A DNA stretch of 64,000 nt from Nitrososphaerota archaeon (GCA_041641295.1 JBEPYO010000001.1:192001-256000); one strand, 5' to 3'. Shown: positions 1 to 10,420, numbered from the stretch's first letter. The notes: generated by a model not told the origin, from the sequence alone. Numbers and translations are program-made.

Positions 1-1
1 G

Positions 2-538
2 ATATTCGGGTTTGATGTGGTGAGAGATGCGCAGGAGGTCAGGAGTTTAATCTCGTATCTTCCAGAGGAGGCCGGGGTTTACAGGAGCCTGAGTGGTGTG
101 GACTACATCCGATTTCTGGCAAGGATCTATAACAGGGATGAGGTGGAGGCGCTGCATGAGGCTGAGGAAGTCTCAGGTCTTGGTGATGCGCTTCGGTCTA
201 GGATGGGCTCCTACAGCCTGGGGATGAGAAGGCGTATTCTGCTGGCAGGCGCGCTGATCGCCCGCCCAAAGGTAGCCATCCTAGACGAGCCTACATCCGG
301 CCTAGATGTTATGCACGCAGTATATGTGAGAGACGTGATAAAGAAGTATTCGCGCCAAGGCATGACTTTTCTCATCTCGAGCCATAACATGCTGGAGGTG
401 GAGTATCTCTGTGATAGAATCGCCATCATAGATGAGGGAGTGATAATCGCGGAGGGTCAGCCAAAATATCTGAAGGAGAGCGCGGGTGCAGAGAATCTTG
501 AAGAACTTTTCCTCTCGCTGAAGAGGGGGGCTCAATGA
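2..538 (+). CDS. ABC transporter ATP-binding protein (NatA/multidrug type), 5'-truncated by window edge
   Basis: Signature-like YSLGMRRR, Walker B ILDEPTSGLD, switch SSH; frame is open to the window start. Confidence 0.9.
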   Translation: MFGFDVVRDAQEVRSLISYLPEEAGVYRSLSGVDYIRFLARIYNRDEVEALHEAEEVSGLGDALRSRMGSYSLGMRRRILLAGALIARPKVAILDEPTSGLDVMHAVYVRDVIKKYSRQGMTFLISSHNMLEVEYLCDRIAIIDEGVIIAEGQPKYLKESAGAENLEELFLSLKRGAQ

Positions 539-1854
539 GTTTTAGTGTTCTTGTTTGGAAGGAGCTACGCGAGCTGCTCGCCGAGAAAACAATCCTAATA
601 GGCATTCTACTAATGCCACTCATTCTCTTCCCTCTCCTCGGGCTCACGATGGTTGCGGGATTCTCCTCAGCAGGGAGGGCTCAGCAGGTTTTCGAGGCAG
701 CAGTTCTGGACAGAGACGACGGGTGGGCGTCGCGCGAATTGCTAGAGACGCTGAAGAGAGCCGGTGTCAGACTAAAGCCCACTCCAAGTGGTGGTGATCT
801 AAACGAGATTCTGGAGGGGCTGGATTCGAGGCTTCTCATAATCATCCCCGAAGGCTTCTCCCAGAACATCACCAACTATAGGCAAGCCTCAATACAATTA
901 TACTACCGTCTCGAGAGACTATCGATTAGTGAGCTACAGGGCCTCTCAAACTTCCAGGCCCTCGTCAGCTATTCTTCGACTATTTTTGGCGAGAGGCTTG
1001 CCAGCGGTGAGGGAATAGATGTGAGGTTCTATAAGTCGCCATTCACGGCCTCAGAGTTTATCGTCTATCAGGGTCAAGTATTGGGCGGGGTTTCAACTAC
1101 TGTTTTCCAACCCGTGCTATACCTCTCCCTGACAATTCCGATCGGAATATTCATAATAGCCGTTACAGCCGGCAGCGTCTCAGCAACCAGCGTAGCCTTG
1201 GAGAAAGAGGCGAAAACCCTTGAGATACTTCTAACCCTACCCATACACAGGCTGAAGCTCCTCGCATCTAAGCTTCTAAGCTCGATCGTCTTGGCGGCGC
1301 TGGGCGGAGCCTCCTTCATGATAGGATTCCTCATTTACTTCCAAGGGATAATGTCGATGATTCGTCAGCCCCCGGTAGAGGGTGTCCAAACAGGTGCCGA
1401 AATGTTGTCCACTTTTTACAGCTTGTCCGGACCGGTCCTGCTTCTCCTGGGATTGATTGTTATAATCTCGCTTGCTCTGACACTGTCAATCGGTATTTTG
1501 GCGGGAGTAGTCGCGGGGGATGTTCGCGGTGGTCAGCAACTCGCATCCCTCCTTCTATCACTACTCTTTCTCCCCCCATTCATGCTACAGCTGCTCGGCG
1601 GGCTTAGTACACTTGACCCAACTCTCCTAACCATAATGATGTTAAACCCCGTGACACACGTGTTCCTAGCGCTAGAGTCTGCAACAGCTTCGGATATACC
1701 CGCAGCCCTCACCCACATCCTAGTCACTCTTGCCTATCTTGTGTTGTTGCTGGGCGTTGCGGCATGGATCTTTAGCGGGGAGAGGCTGATATCACTTAGG
1801 GTCAGGCTGGGGCGAAGAGGTATTCTCGAAACCGTTCGCGGGTCGGGTAAGTAG
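535..1854 (+). CDS. ABC-2 type permease (NatB-like)
   Basis: N-terminal KELRE + TM helix, extracellular domain, EKEAKTLEILLTLP motif, multiple C-terminal TMs; ATGA overlap with the ATPase. Confidence 0.88.
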   Translation: MSFSVLVWKELRELLAEKTILIGILLMPLILFPLLGLTMVAGFSSAGRAQQVFEAAVLDRDDGWASRELLETLKRAGVRLKPTPSGGDLNEILEGLDSRLLIIIPEGFSQNITNYRQASIQLYYRLERLSISELQGLSNFQALVSYSSTIFGERLASGEGIDVRFYKSPFTASEFIVYQGQVLGGVSTTVFQPVLYLSLTIPIGIFIIAVTAGSVSATSVALEKEAKTLEILLTLPIHRLKLLASKLLSSIVLAALGGASFMIGFLIYFQGIMSMIRQPPVEGVQTGAEMLSTFYSLSGPVLLLLGLIVIISLALTLSIGILAGVVAGDVRGGQQLASLLLSLLFLPPFMLQLLGGLSTLDPTLLTIMMLNPVTHVFLALESATASDIPAALTHILVTLAYLVLLLGVAAWIFSGERLISLRVRLGRRGILETVRGSGK

Positions 1855-1895
1855 AAGATATTTACCGTAGACAGCATCTACGTGAGACGGGACTC

Positions 1896-3491
1896 TTGCT
1901 GTGGGAGGTATTAGTGGCTGTAGCACTATCTTGGGCTAGGATTGCTGCAGCCCTAGCCATATCCGTCTTCGCGGCTGTAATTGTCGGCATATATTCTGGG
2001 ATAAGTAGGCGGGTTGATAGGATTGTTATCCCCATCCTAGATGTTCTCCAGAGTGTGCCGATATTGGGTTTCTTCCCCCTGGCAGTCTTTGTGCTGGCGA
2101 GTGCCGTACCCGTACTAGGCTATGAGATCGCATCAATCTTCCTCATATTTACCTGCACGTTCTGGAACCTGGCATTCGCAGTCTATGAGGGGGCCCGATC
2201 TATACCGCAGTCCATGATCGAGGTTGCGGAGCTCAGCAAGTTGTCACTGAAAGATAGGTTTGGGAAGATCTACGTCCCGGCCGTTTTCCCCAAGATTGTG
2301 GACCAGTTGCCCGCGAGCTTATCCAACGCCTTCTACTTCCTAGCAGCCAGCGAGGTGATAGCTCTCGGAGAGGCTGAGGTGAGGGTGGCGGGTATAGGGA
2401 CGCTCATCCTGAGATACTTGGGGATGGGAAACTATACTGGCATCGCGATAGGTCTGGTTGCTACGGCCCTCAGCATTATCGCCGCATACCTCCTAGTTCT
2501 GATGCCCCTCATCTCATACTCGGACAGGTATAGGTTCGACATAGCCCAGCCCCCCGCTGTTCAGAGGACACCGATGATCATGGGACTCTACACCCGCATC
2601 AAGTCCATCCAATCCCCATTGAGGATGGAGCAGAGGCGCATAGCAGGGCTTACCCACCGAGTTTTCCCAATCCAGCTAGTCAACATAAAGTATGTGGGGA
2701 GTGATGTTAAGCGTCTAATATTCATAGTCTTTATCGTTGTTCTGCTTGTCTTCGCTGGGCCGAGGATATACGCAAACATAGATGATGTGTGGGCGGCTGT
2801 TGCCAGTGTGGCGGCTGCCGGTGTTAGGCTGGGGATACTGAGCATCGGAGAGGCACTCGCCTATTCCTTCTCTCGTGTATTAATATGCTTGGCACTAATG
2901 CTGTCAATCAGCCTGCCCATCGCTTACATCATTTCCGAGAAGCCGGATGTCAGGAATACCCTCCTACCCATCCTTCAAATCATTGCTTCTCTCCCATCGC
3001 CGCTAATTTTCCCGATCATCTCGGGCTTCTTTGAGGGCGGTATCTACTCCCGAGAGCTTGGGGCGATACTGCTTATGTCGCTGGGTTCTGTGTGGTATGT
3101 ATTCTACTCGACACTAAGCGGGTTCAACAAGGTTCACGGGGAATATCGAGAGCTTGCCAGGCTGTATAGACTCTCGGGTTTCAGCAAGTTTAGGTATATT
3201 TACCTCCCATTCGCGACACCATCGATAGTGACGGGGTTGATAACCGCGACAGGCGGTGCGTGGAATACTGTTATAGTGGCGGAGAGGCTTGGTGAGGGTG
3301 GGAGAATATTCGAGGTCCAGACGCCGGGTCTAGGTAAGCTAATGTCCGTGCTGGCGGAAATGGCTGACACACCGGGCCTAGTGTTCACAGTCATAGTCAT
3401 GACGGTCTTCGTGATACTCGTCAACAGACTATTATGGCGAAAACTCTATGACTATTCCATAAGAGCGCTGAGGATTCATGAGCAACTCTGA
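1896..3491 (+). CDS. NitT/TauT-family ABC transporter permease, duplicated TM module
   Basis: DVLQSVPILGFFP and GGAWNTVIVAE motifs; two BPD_transp_1-like halves. Confidence 0.88.
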   Translation: MLWEVLVAVALSWARIAAALAISVFAAVIVGIYSGISRRVDRIVIPILDVLQSVPILGFFPLAVFVLASAVPVLGYEIASIFLIFTCTFWNLAFAVYEGARSIPQSMIEVAELSKLSLKDRFGKIYVPAVFPKIVDQLPASLSNAFYFLAASEVIALGEAEVRVAGIGTLILRYLGMGNYTGIAIGLVATALSIIAAYLLVLMPLISYSDRYRFDIAQPPAVQRTPMIMGLYTRIKSIQSPLRMEQRRIAGLTHRVFPIQLVNIKYVGSDVKRLIFIVFIVVLLVFAGPRIYANIDDVWAAVASVAAAGVRLGILSIGEALAYSFSRVLICLALMLSISLPIAYIISEKPDVRNTLLPILQIIASLPSPLIFPIISGFFEGGIYSRELGAILLMSLGSVWYVFYSTLSGFNKVHGEYRELARLYRLSGFSKFRYIYLPFATPSIVTGLITATGGAWNTVIVAERLGEGGRIFEVQTPGLGKLMSVLAEMADTPGLVFTVIVMTVFVILVNRLLWRKLYDYSIRALRIHEQL

Positions 3492-4245
3492 AATACTATT
3501 AGAGCTTAGAAACGTTACACATGGTTATAGCCTGAGGGCGGGGTCGACTCTCAAAGTTATCGAGAACCTGAACATACAGGTCAGGTACGGCGAGTTTCTA
3601 GGGATAGTGGGGCCGAGTGGGTGCGGAAAGAGCACCATACTCCGGATTATGGCCGGGCTCATCAAGCCTCTGTCTGGAACAGTGATATTTCGCGGTGAAG
3701 TGTTGAATGGCACTACGCCGCGCATATCCCTGATGCATCAGACGCCAACACTGCTCCCCTGGCTAACGGTCAAAGAGAACATTTACCTCGCCCTCATGGC
3801 TAGGAAGGATCTGACCGAGCGCGAGAAGCAGTTGAAAGTGTCTGAACTACTTGAGCTGGTTGAACTCAGCGGCTACGAGTCCGCATACCCCTACGAGCTG
3901 AGTGGGGGAATGAGACAGAGAGTCGCGCTCGCCAGAGCACTCGTCACAGACCCAGACCTCCTCCTCTTGGACGAGCCGTTCAGCAACCTTGACCCCCTCA
4001 CTTCGCTCAGCTTAATTCGCGAGCTGGAGGGCATGTGGTTTGACACGACCCTCCCACCCATCTCTGTAGTGATGGTTTCTCACAACATCGAGGAGGTTGT
4101 CATGCTTGCTGACAGGGTGATTGTGCTTGGTGGGCGTCCCGCAAGGATTCTGGCTGAGGTCCCCATAGAACTCTCGCGACCTAGGAACAAGAAGTCAGAG
4201 GAGTTCTACAGACTGGTCGATGAGATATTCTCTCTTATTAGCTAG
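3478..4245 (+). CDS. NitT/TauT-family ABC transporter ATP-binding protein
   Basis: GPSGCGKST, LSGGMRQR, LLLDEPF, SHN. Confidence 0.92.
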   Translation: MSNSEILLELRNVTHGYSLRAGSTLKVIENLNIQVRYGEFLGIVGPSGCGKSTILRIMAGLIKPLSGTVIFRGEVLNGTTPRISLMHQTPTLLPWLTVKENIYLALMARKDLTEREKQLKVSELLELVELSGYESAYPYELSGGMRQRVALARALVTDPDLLLLDEPFSNLDPLTSLSLIRELEGMWFDTTLPPISVVMVSHNIEEVVMLADRVIVLGGRPARILAEVPIELSRPRNKKSEEFYRLVDEIFSLIS

Positions 4246-4741
4246 CCTTTACCCCCCGCCTAGCCTTGAATAATCCTTCCTCACCATCATACTCTAGATA
4301 GCCAGTCGTAACTAGCCAGTCGAGGAGGAAAGACTTAGCCATAGTGACGCTCTCAGGACTATTGTCGCAGAGGTTTAGGTCTCTGCAGATCTGGTCAACG
4401 GGAATGGGGCCCTTCTTTTCAGCCACATAGCGGATTATTGATTTGAAGGGCTCGGCGTTTCTGGTCAGCTCTCGGAGCATCCGTATCTTCCCGGAGTGCC
4501 TGCGCCTCGAGAAGGATCTGCCCAGATCGGTTAGTATTGCGTCACCTTCATCAACCTTCACTAGGCCTAGGGCCTCGCATGCCTCGAGGATTTCCAGCAC
4601 AAGCCCCGACTCCATCCCAGCCTCACTTACAAGCGTAGCTACGTCTGCCCTACCATTCAGCAGCTCTAGGATCTCAACCAACCCCGAAACCATTGCAGGC
4701 GTAACGCGGAGGGGGCATCTAGGCCCCTGTTGGTCCAACAC
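4238..4741 (-). CDS. Stand-alone AAA-associated C-terminal domain protein (AAA_assoc_C-like, winged helix)
   Basis: GLVEILELLNGRADV...ILEACEALGLVKVDEGDAILTDLGR pattern resembles the C-terminal domain of long NitT ATPases. Confidence 0.75.
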   Translation of the reverse strand: MLDQQGPRCPLRVTPAMVSGLVEILELLNGRADVATLVSEAGMESGLVLEILEACEALGLVKVDEGDAILTDLGRSFSRRRHSGKIRMLRELTRNAEPFKSIIRYVAEKKGPIPVDQICRDLNLCDNSPESVTMAKSFLLDWLVTTGYLEYDGEEGLFKARRGVKAS

Positions 4742-4834
4742 CCTATCACTGAATTACTCTAATTTCTCATATATAACCATGCGGATTTATATTTGGAAGA
4801 TTCACCTGAAAAAGAGCGATATGTAATCTTTCAA

Positions 4835-5974
4835 TCAGGGGCTCAGCGCCATGTCCAGTATTCTCTCAACTGGCCTGGCATTGGCTGCATGACGAGAGTA
4901 CTTCTGCAAAGCCGCGGTGTCTATCTCGTCTAAAGCCTTCTTGACAGATGCTGAGAGGCTCTCAACACTTAAATCCCCCTCTCTGAGGATAACGGCCACC
5001 CCATTTTCGGCCAGCGATTTTGCGTTTGATTCCTGCTCTGTCTGCCTTGGTATTGGGATCACGACGAGCCTGCAGTTGAAGGCTAGGGCCTTGGCTGCGA
5101 GCGTCTGGCCTGCCCGCGTCACGACAACATCTGAGGCCGCGAGCAGTTCATACTCGTCCTCATACCACTCCACAAGCCTCACGCCTTCGTTTACCTGGCC
5201 ACCTACAGCCCCTGTCATTATGGCTTGAAACCCTTTCTGGCGATGGAGGAGAGGTACTAGGAGGTCTCTGAAGCGTGTACGATCTGGGTGGGGGCCTGTG
5301 GGTACTACCGCTACTAGTGGTTTTGATGGGTCGAATCCGAGCTTCTCTTTGAGCTTATCGCGAGGGGGGTAGTCGCCCGGTAGTCTCTCCAGTATCGGGC
5401 CCACATACTCTGCACGCAGTTCATCCACCCTACGCATCCTCAGGTTCTCTCTGGAGATTGTGAGAGGTGGCGGGTAGTCTGCTATTAGGAGCCTGTGGGA
5501 GAGGCTCCAAGCAACTGTGAACGAGTTTATGATGTCTTCGAAGAATGCGGCTAGTCTGGGTAGGCGGTCCTTCTGCAACAGGACATTGTATTGGTTGAGG
5601 ATGAGGGTGCTTCGTATGCCGGTTAGGCGTGCGGCTAGGATGGCGGAAGCCCTAGTGTCCGAAACTACTGCATCAGCTCCAAACTCCTCAATGATTCTAG
5701 CCTCGATGAGTGTCTGGGCAGTAACCTTCAATGGTAGGAAGATGTTTTGAAGCAGTGTTGCCTTTATGCTCACCGCGCCCCGCGCATCCCGCCCATAGTC
5801 GACAGCGGGTACCTCCAAGACGTTTAGACCCAGCCTCTCAAAATAGCTGACTGCATCACCGTAGGTGGATATCGAAACGTCATGCCCCCTCTTGATGGCC
5901 TCCAAGATTATCGGCCGGCACCTAGACGCATGTCCTAGCCCTATTCCGCATACGCTGAAGTGGATGCGCGCCAT
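4835..5974 (-). CDS. GT-B glycosyltransferase, MurG/GT28-like
   Basis: GIGLGHASR N-terminal motif, VVTRAGQT, PIPRQTEQESNA. Confidence 0.85.
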   Translation of the reverse strand: MARIHFSVCGIGLGHASRCRPIILEAIKRGHDVSISTYGDAVSYFERLGLNVLEVPAVDYGRDARGAVSIKATLLQNIFLPLKVTAQTLIEARIIEEFGADAVVSDTRASAILAARLTGIRSTLILNQYNVLLQKDRLPRLAAFFEDIINSFTVAWSLSHRLLIADYPPPLTISRENLRMRRVDELRAEYVGPILERLPGDYPPRDKLKEKLGFDPSKPLVAVVPTGPHPDRTRFRDLLVPLLHRQKGFQAIMTGAVGGQVNEGVRLVEWYEDEYELLAASDVVVTRAGQTLAAKALAFNCRLVVIPIPRQTEQESNAKSLAENGVAVILREGDLSVESLSASVKKALDEIDTAALQKYSRHAANARPVERILDMALSP

Positions 5975-6000
5975 AGAGTCGGCCTTCCCTCTATGATGTT

Positions 6001-6615
6001 TTAGGTATGATGTGCCCTGAGCGTTATTCTCTTGATGACGCCCCGCGGAGTCTCTTCCGCAAAAATATCCGCGTTAAACCTGTAGATCTTCACATCCCCT
6101 CTCAGCCAGTCAGTGGGCCTTAACCCGGCCTTTAAGCATAGGTGCATAAGGAACTCCTCCGCATCCCAGCCATACTCCACAGGGACTTGGGGGAGTAGAA
6201 GGCCTGCGCCCTCATCGGCTTCAATGATTAGGCCGTCGAGGCCTATCCTGATGTGCTCAGGGAGCGAGGACCGCGGCTCAGCTTTGATTTCTTCGGGCTC
6301 TGTGAGGAGCGTCAGCTCTACAACCACTTCATCTGCCTCGGACTGTGTCAGGGGTGGGAAACGCGGGTCGTAGAAGGCTGCAAGCCTGGCAGCAGTTATC
6401 GTATCGTCCACGATATTGGAGCGCGGGAGTGGCAGGCCCATGCAACCCCTCAACTCCTTTGATTCGTGTTGATAGAGTGTTACGAAGACTCCTCTACGGA
6501 TAGATAGGTTCTTGAGAGAGTCTGTCAAATCCAACTCTTTCTTGAGTCCGAGGTCTCTCATAATAGCAGACCTAGCCAGCCTTACCAGCCCCACCCCCAC
6601 CTCTTCACTTATCAT
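6001..6615 (-). CDS. AMMECR1-domain protein (TIGR00296 family)
   Basis: GVFVTL, LRGCMG, DPRFPP, GLLLPQV, LCLKAG. Confidence 0.93.
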   Translation of the reverse strand: MISEEVGVGLVRLARSAIMRDLGLKKELDLTDSLKNLSIRRGVFVTLYQHESKELRGCMGLPLPRSNIVDDTITAARLAAFYDPRFPPLTQSEADEVVVELTLLTEPEEIKAEPRSSLPEHIRIGLDGLIIEADEGAGLLLPQVPVEYGWDAEEFLMHLCLKAGLRPTDWLRGDVKIYRFNADIFAEETPRGVIKRITLRAHHT

Positions 6616-6642
6616 TCCAGCAACACATGTGAAACCATTCTT

Positions 6643-7119
6643 TTATTCCTTGCTCAAACCCTTTAGCAGCCTTCTCACTCTCTCCAAGGTCTGTGAAATG
6701 TTCTTCCAGTGGCTCCCAACCCAGTATTCCTGACCGCACGACCCGCACCTCCACCTGTTGTCAGAGGATGGCTGGAGCTGTCCGTTACAGAGGGAGCAGA
6801 GCCTAAACTTCAAGGCTAAGAACTCCTCAAAAGGTATTCCGTACTCGCTCATCAAGTGGATGGCGATTTGGGAGAGCTGGCTCTCGGTACCGCTAAGCGG
6901 CAGGAGAATGGAGCGACCACCTTTAGACAATATTCGTCTATAGAGTTCGGTGTCTGAGGTGAGGACTATACGCCCCTCTTCTGACCCTTTTTGAATAATC
7001 TCGTCATCTCCTCGGGGGTAGTAGACTGTGTCGTATCCGAGCATTCTTAGCCAGCGCGTGAGTTTACCATGCATCGAGTCTGTGAGGAATTTAGGTTCCC
7101 GCGATGCTTCCCTTCTCAA
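6643..7119 (-). CDS. Mut7-C RNase domain protein (PIN-like + Zn ribbon)
   Basis: FLTDSMHGKLTRWLRMLGYDT, LTSDTEL, CSLCN...CGSC..YWVGSHW; start placed at TTG 7119. Confidence 0.88.
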   Translation of the reverse strand: MRREASREPKFLTDSMHGKLTRWLRMLGYDTVYYPRGDDEIIQKGSEEGRIVLTSDTELYRRILSKGGRSILLPLSGTESQLSQIAIHLMSEYGIPFEEFLALKFRLCSLCNGQLQPSSDNRWRCGSCGQEYWVGSHWKNISQTLERVRRLLKGLSKE

Positions 7120-7672
7120 GTTCCAGTCGGCACTCCTCGCAGAGGTACTGGTCATCAATCCTCACAAGCATGTCGCTCCACTCACCACAGGAGTCGCAGT
7201 ATCCCTCGAGGTAAGATTCCCTCTTCAAGATAGGCCCACCACTGAGCTTGAACTGCTCCTTTATGACTGATATTATATCCGGAGTGATCTTGAGAACGTC
7301 CTTCAGGCTTATGATTCCCTGGACATTCCCCTTGTAGCTTACTATCAGCCTGCTGATGCCAAGCCTAGTCATCAGCCGGACGGCGTCTTCGATTGTCGCG
7401 GATGGGTCTACTGTTACGAGGGGAGAGGACATTATCTCCTCAAGCTTCACCTCGCTGGGCCTCCTATCCTGAGCCACAACTTTCTCTACGAGATCCCTCT
7501 TAGTCACTATGCCCACAGGCCGTCCATCTTTTCTCACTAATATGCTGCTTATCTTGTACTTGGCCATCATCTCGGCAGCGACGTTTGCTGTGCTCTCAGC
7601 ACCCAACTCTATGACAGGGCTTGTCATTACTTCCCTGACCGTTATCTCCTCGCTCAGGAATGGGCCATCCAA
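7091..7672 (-). CDS. CBS-pair protein with C-terminal Zn ribbon
   Basis: Two CBS repeats (VMTSPV, GIVTKRD, IMSSPL); EGYCDSC...LCEEC. Confidence 0.88.
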   Translation of the reverse strand: MDGPFLSEEITVREVMTSPVIELGAESTANVAAEMMAKYKISSILVRKDGRPVGIVTKRDLVEKVVAQDRRPSEVKLEEIMSSPLVTVDPSATIEDAVRLMTRLGISRLIVSYKGNVQGIISLKDVLKITPDIISVIKEQFKLSGGPILKRESYLEGYCDSCGEWSDMLVRIDDQYLCEECRLELEKGSIAGT

Positions 7673-7746
7673 AGAATACTTGATGTAGCCTGATAAAAAC
7701 GTATCCTAACCTAATTCACCGTCGATGAAGAGACACTACTCCCTCC

Positions 7747-9645
7747 TCAGCGCGACCATCTGAGCACGCGGCATCTGCCATAGGGGATGAGGGCTTCGAA
7801 ATCGCTCAGCCTGAAACTGTCTTCTCGAAGCCCTAGTGATTCGGCAACCTTAGCTGCGAGGGCTTTAGCAACCGTGGAGGCGTCTTCTTGGCCAGGCGTG
7901 ATTACGGCGTAGACAACTGCCTCCGACTTGACCCAAGACTCGACACCCACAATCGGGCCAAGCCTCTCAGAATACCCTATACAGATTTGGAGTGGCACGT
8001 GGATGTAGTTTTTGGGAGGCTTAACGATAAACGAGCCTCGGGGAAGATATGTCCCCTGGGGTGGTGTGAAGCTTATCTGATCAGGCCCTACCCAGTATAC
8101 GGACATTGTGGAGAGTCCTTCCCGCCAAGCTCGGCTGAAAGAAGCACAGAGTATGGCAGCCTCGCGTAGCTCTTCTTCTCCAGACCCCGCCCCATCTTTC
8201 AGAATTGCGACAGGCGAGCCCCTAACCTCCGCATGCAAAACGATGTCGCTCTTGTCTAGATGTTTCTTCAGTAGCCGGATGTTTGAGCTGGCGTCTCTCC
8301 CGAGGACGATGAGTCTACCCCCGCTCGTCATTGACCACCTATACCTGTGGAACCATTCTGTACCCCGCCTCCTAACCTCGACAACCGCGGCTGCCTGAGG
8401 GGCTGGGACTTTAGACTTAAGGCGCATGACCTTCTCTTCGAGCTCTGAGATCTCTCTGAGTATGTTCTCTGCACCCTTCATCGTCGTTTTAGCGTTGTTG
8501 AAGAGCCTGTCGATCTGGTCTGTGACCGGTTCCCTGATGCTTAGCTGCACGGTCCTTCCATCTAGCTCGATTGTAGCTACACCAGTGCTTCTGTCCAGAG
8601 ACTTCAAGATCCCGCTTGGCGAGCCGCCTGCCTTGAGCTCGGCCCACAAGTCCTTTAGCTCAGCCAATCTCATATGAAGGATGGATGCTAGTTCCCTGAG
8701 TTCTTGGGCCTTAAGCCTTAGCTGGTCAGCTAGGGCTCTCTTCTCGGCAATTTCCTTTTCAATCTTCCTAATCTCTTCCTCTATTCTCTGTTTATGCTCG
8801 GAGGCCTCAACCGCCCTAGCATAGGACTCGTAGGCTAGGCTAACAGCCTCATTCAGACTGGCTGTGTGGACTTCTTCAAGGCCTTGCATGGATATGTGAA
8901 TGAGTGGGAATGGGGCGAACGCTACATACTCGTCGCCGGTCTTGTATGCTGTGGGTTTCGGGTTTTCAAGCAGTTTAAGAAGGCACTCTACAGTATCAGC
9001 AATCTTCTCTTTATCGCCAGCATCTAGTTCGGCAACCTTTTTGGATGGAGGGATACCAGCCCTCGCCAATACCTCGTTTGAGTATTTAGTGCCCAGTCCG
9101 AACTCTCTTGCAAGGGCCACCCCAATTTTGAGCCTCCCCTCCACACTAGAAAGCAGCCTAAGGGCGTCATCACGTCCGGATACTGTCGCCCTCCTTTCGG
9201 GCCAGGAGTAGGGCTCACCCCTCCTCAGGCTGGTTGATAAAATTACTACACCCCTCTCATCAAGGAGACTTAACCCTCCCCCGGGGAAGACCTCTACGAT
9301 AAGGTCGTACACTGCCCCTCGCCCTTCAAAACGGAGTCTAGCTATCCTTTCACCTGCGACATGCTCGACAGACCTCAGCATACATCCCCTGAGATACTTC
9401 CTAAGCATGGATGCGAAATCGTCTAGTTGGCCGTGGACCGGGTATATGCCTGGTGCGAGAAAGATGGCCTTGCCCGGGACCATTTTTAGGTCTCTTACAT
9501 CCTCCTCACCCCTAAGCCTGAGGATGTATGATGAGTCCACACCCCTGTAAATTTGGGAGACGTATCTTGGATGGGACGCGCTAATCTCCCTAACTAGCAC
9601 GCCCAAGTCTAGGCTGTTTAACTCGAGTCGGGGCTTCTCTAGCAC
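7747..9645 (-). CDS. rqcH: Ribosome quality control protein Rqc2/NEMF (NFACT)
   Basis: NFACT-N (ERIARL, IVEVF), H2TH (GLGTKYSNEVLARAG), coiled coil, NFACT-R (WFHRYRW, GRDASSN, HAEVRGSP). Confidence 0.88.
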   Translation of the reverse strand: MLEKPRLELNSLDLGVLVREISASHPRYVSQIYRGVDSSYILRLRGEEDVRDLKMVPGKAIFLAPGIYPVHGQLDDFASMLRKYLRGCMLRSVEHVAGERIARLRFEGRGAVYDLIVEVFPGGGLSLLDERGVVILSTSLRRGEPYSWPERRATVSGRDDALRLLSSVEGRLKIGVALAREFGLGTKYSNEVLARAGIPPSKKVAELDAGDKEKIADTVECLLKLLENPKPTAYKTGDEYVAFAPFPLIHISMQGLEEVHTASLNEAVSLAYESYARAVEASEHKQRIEEEIRKIEKEIAEKRALADQLRLKAQELRELASILHMRLAELKDLWAELKAGGSPSGILKSLDRSTGVATIELDGRTVQLSIREPVTDQIDRLFNNAKTTMKGAENILREISELEEKVMRLKSKVPAPQAAAVVEVRRRGTEWFHRYRWSMTSGGRLIVLGRDASSNIRLLKKHLDKSDIVLHAEVRGSPVAILKDGAGSGEEELREAAILCASFSRAWREGLSTMSVYWVGPDQISFTPPQGTYLPRGSFIVKPPKNYIHVPLQICIGYSERLGPIVGVESWVKSEAVVYAVITPGQEDASTVAKALAAKVAESLGLREDSFRLSDFEALIPYGRCRVLRWSR

Positions 9646-9679
9646 TGATAATTCAGGGTGGAGTCGTTTTTATCAAGAT

Positions 9680-10327
9680 TTAGGAGAGGGCTTGGAGAAC
9701 ATGTTCGATGTAGTGTATCTCGGGGAGAGCGCCTTCAAACTCTATCTTATCGTTGACGACCGTTTTAGGGACAGCCATCACATGATACTTCTGAGCCAAG
9801 TGCGGAAACTCTATGACCTCTACCATGTCGGCTACTATTTTCGGATTCTCGAGAGCCATTTGGTGTGCGATTCTGACGGCTCGGGGGCAGTAGGGGCAGG
9901 TAGGCGTTACGAAGACCTGTATATGGAGGGGCTTATCCACGGACTTGACCATCTCAAGGGCGCGGGGCGAGAGCCTAGACCTCCCCCTTGAGACGTCCAC
10001 AATGTCTTCTAGCAAGGTTGTAAACTCGTATCCACTGGGGACCCCAAAGAAGCGTATCCACGACTCCCTCTCACCGAGGAGGATTGTCGCAGGTATCTTG
10101 TCTATGCGCCACTTCTCAGCCAAGTCTCTGTCACGCTCTAGGTCGTATATCTCCAGTCTAAGGTTCCCGTTCAGCTCTGCCAGCTCGCTCAGGAGCCGCC
10201 TAGTGACCTCGCAATACTCGCACTCAAACTCCTGCGTGAAGTATAGTATTCGGACAGTGGAGGACACCTCCTCACTTAGCTTCTTCTTCACAAATTCCCT
10301 GTCGCGCGGCTTTAGAATCGAGCTCAC
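9680..10327 (-). CDS. Protein disulfide oxidoreductase (glutaredoxin-like, two CxxC)
   Basis: CEYC and CPYC sites, GVPSGYEF, VMAVPKTV. Confidence 0.93.
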   Translation of the reverse strand: MSSILKPRDREFVKKKLSEEVSSTVRILYFTQEFECEYCEVTRRLLSELAELNGNLRLEIYDLERDRDLAEKWRIDKIPATILLGERESWIRFFGVPSGYEFTTLLEDIVDVSRGRSRLSPRALEMVKSVDKPLHIQVFVTPTCPYCPRAVRIAHQMALENPKIVADMVEVIEFPHLAQKYHVMAVPKTVVNDKIEFEGALPEIHYIEHVLQALS

Positions 10328-10420
10328 AGAATAGACACTCGACTACGAGCCTATAACTATTATCTAAGCCCCCAACTCAGGAGCCAAGGATTAAATTATG
10401 ACGAGAATATCCAATCTCGA

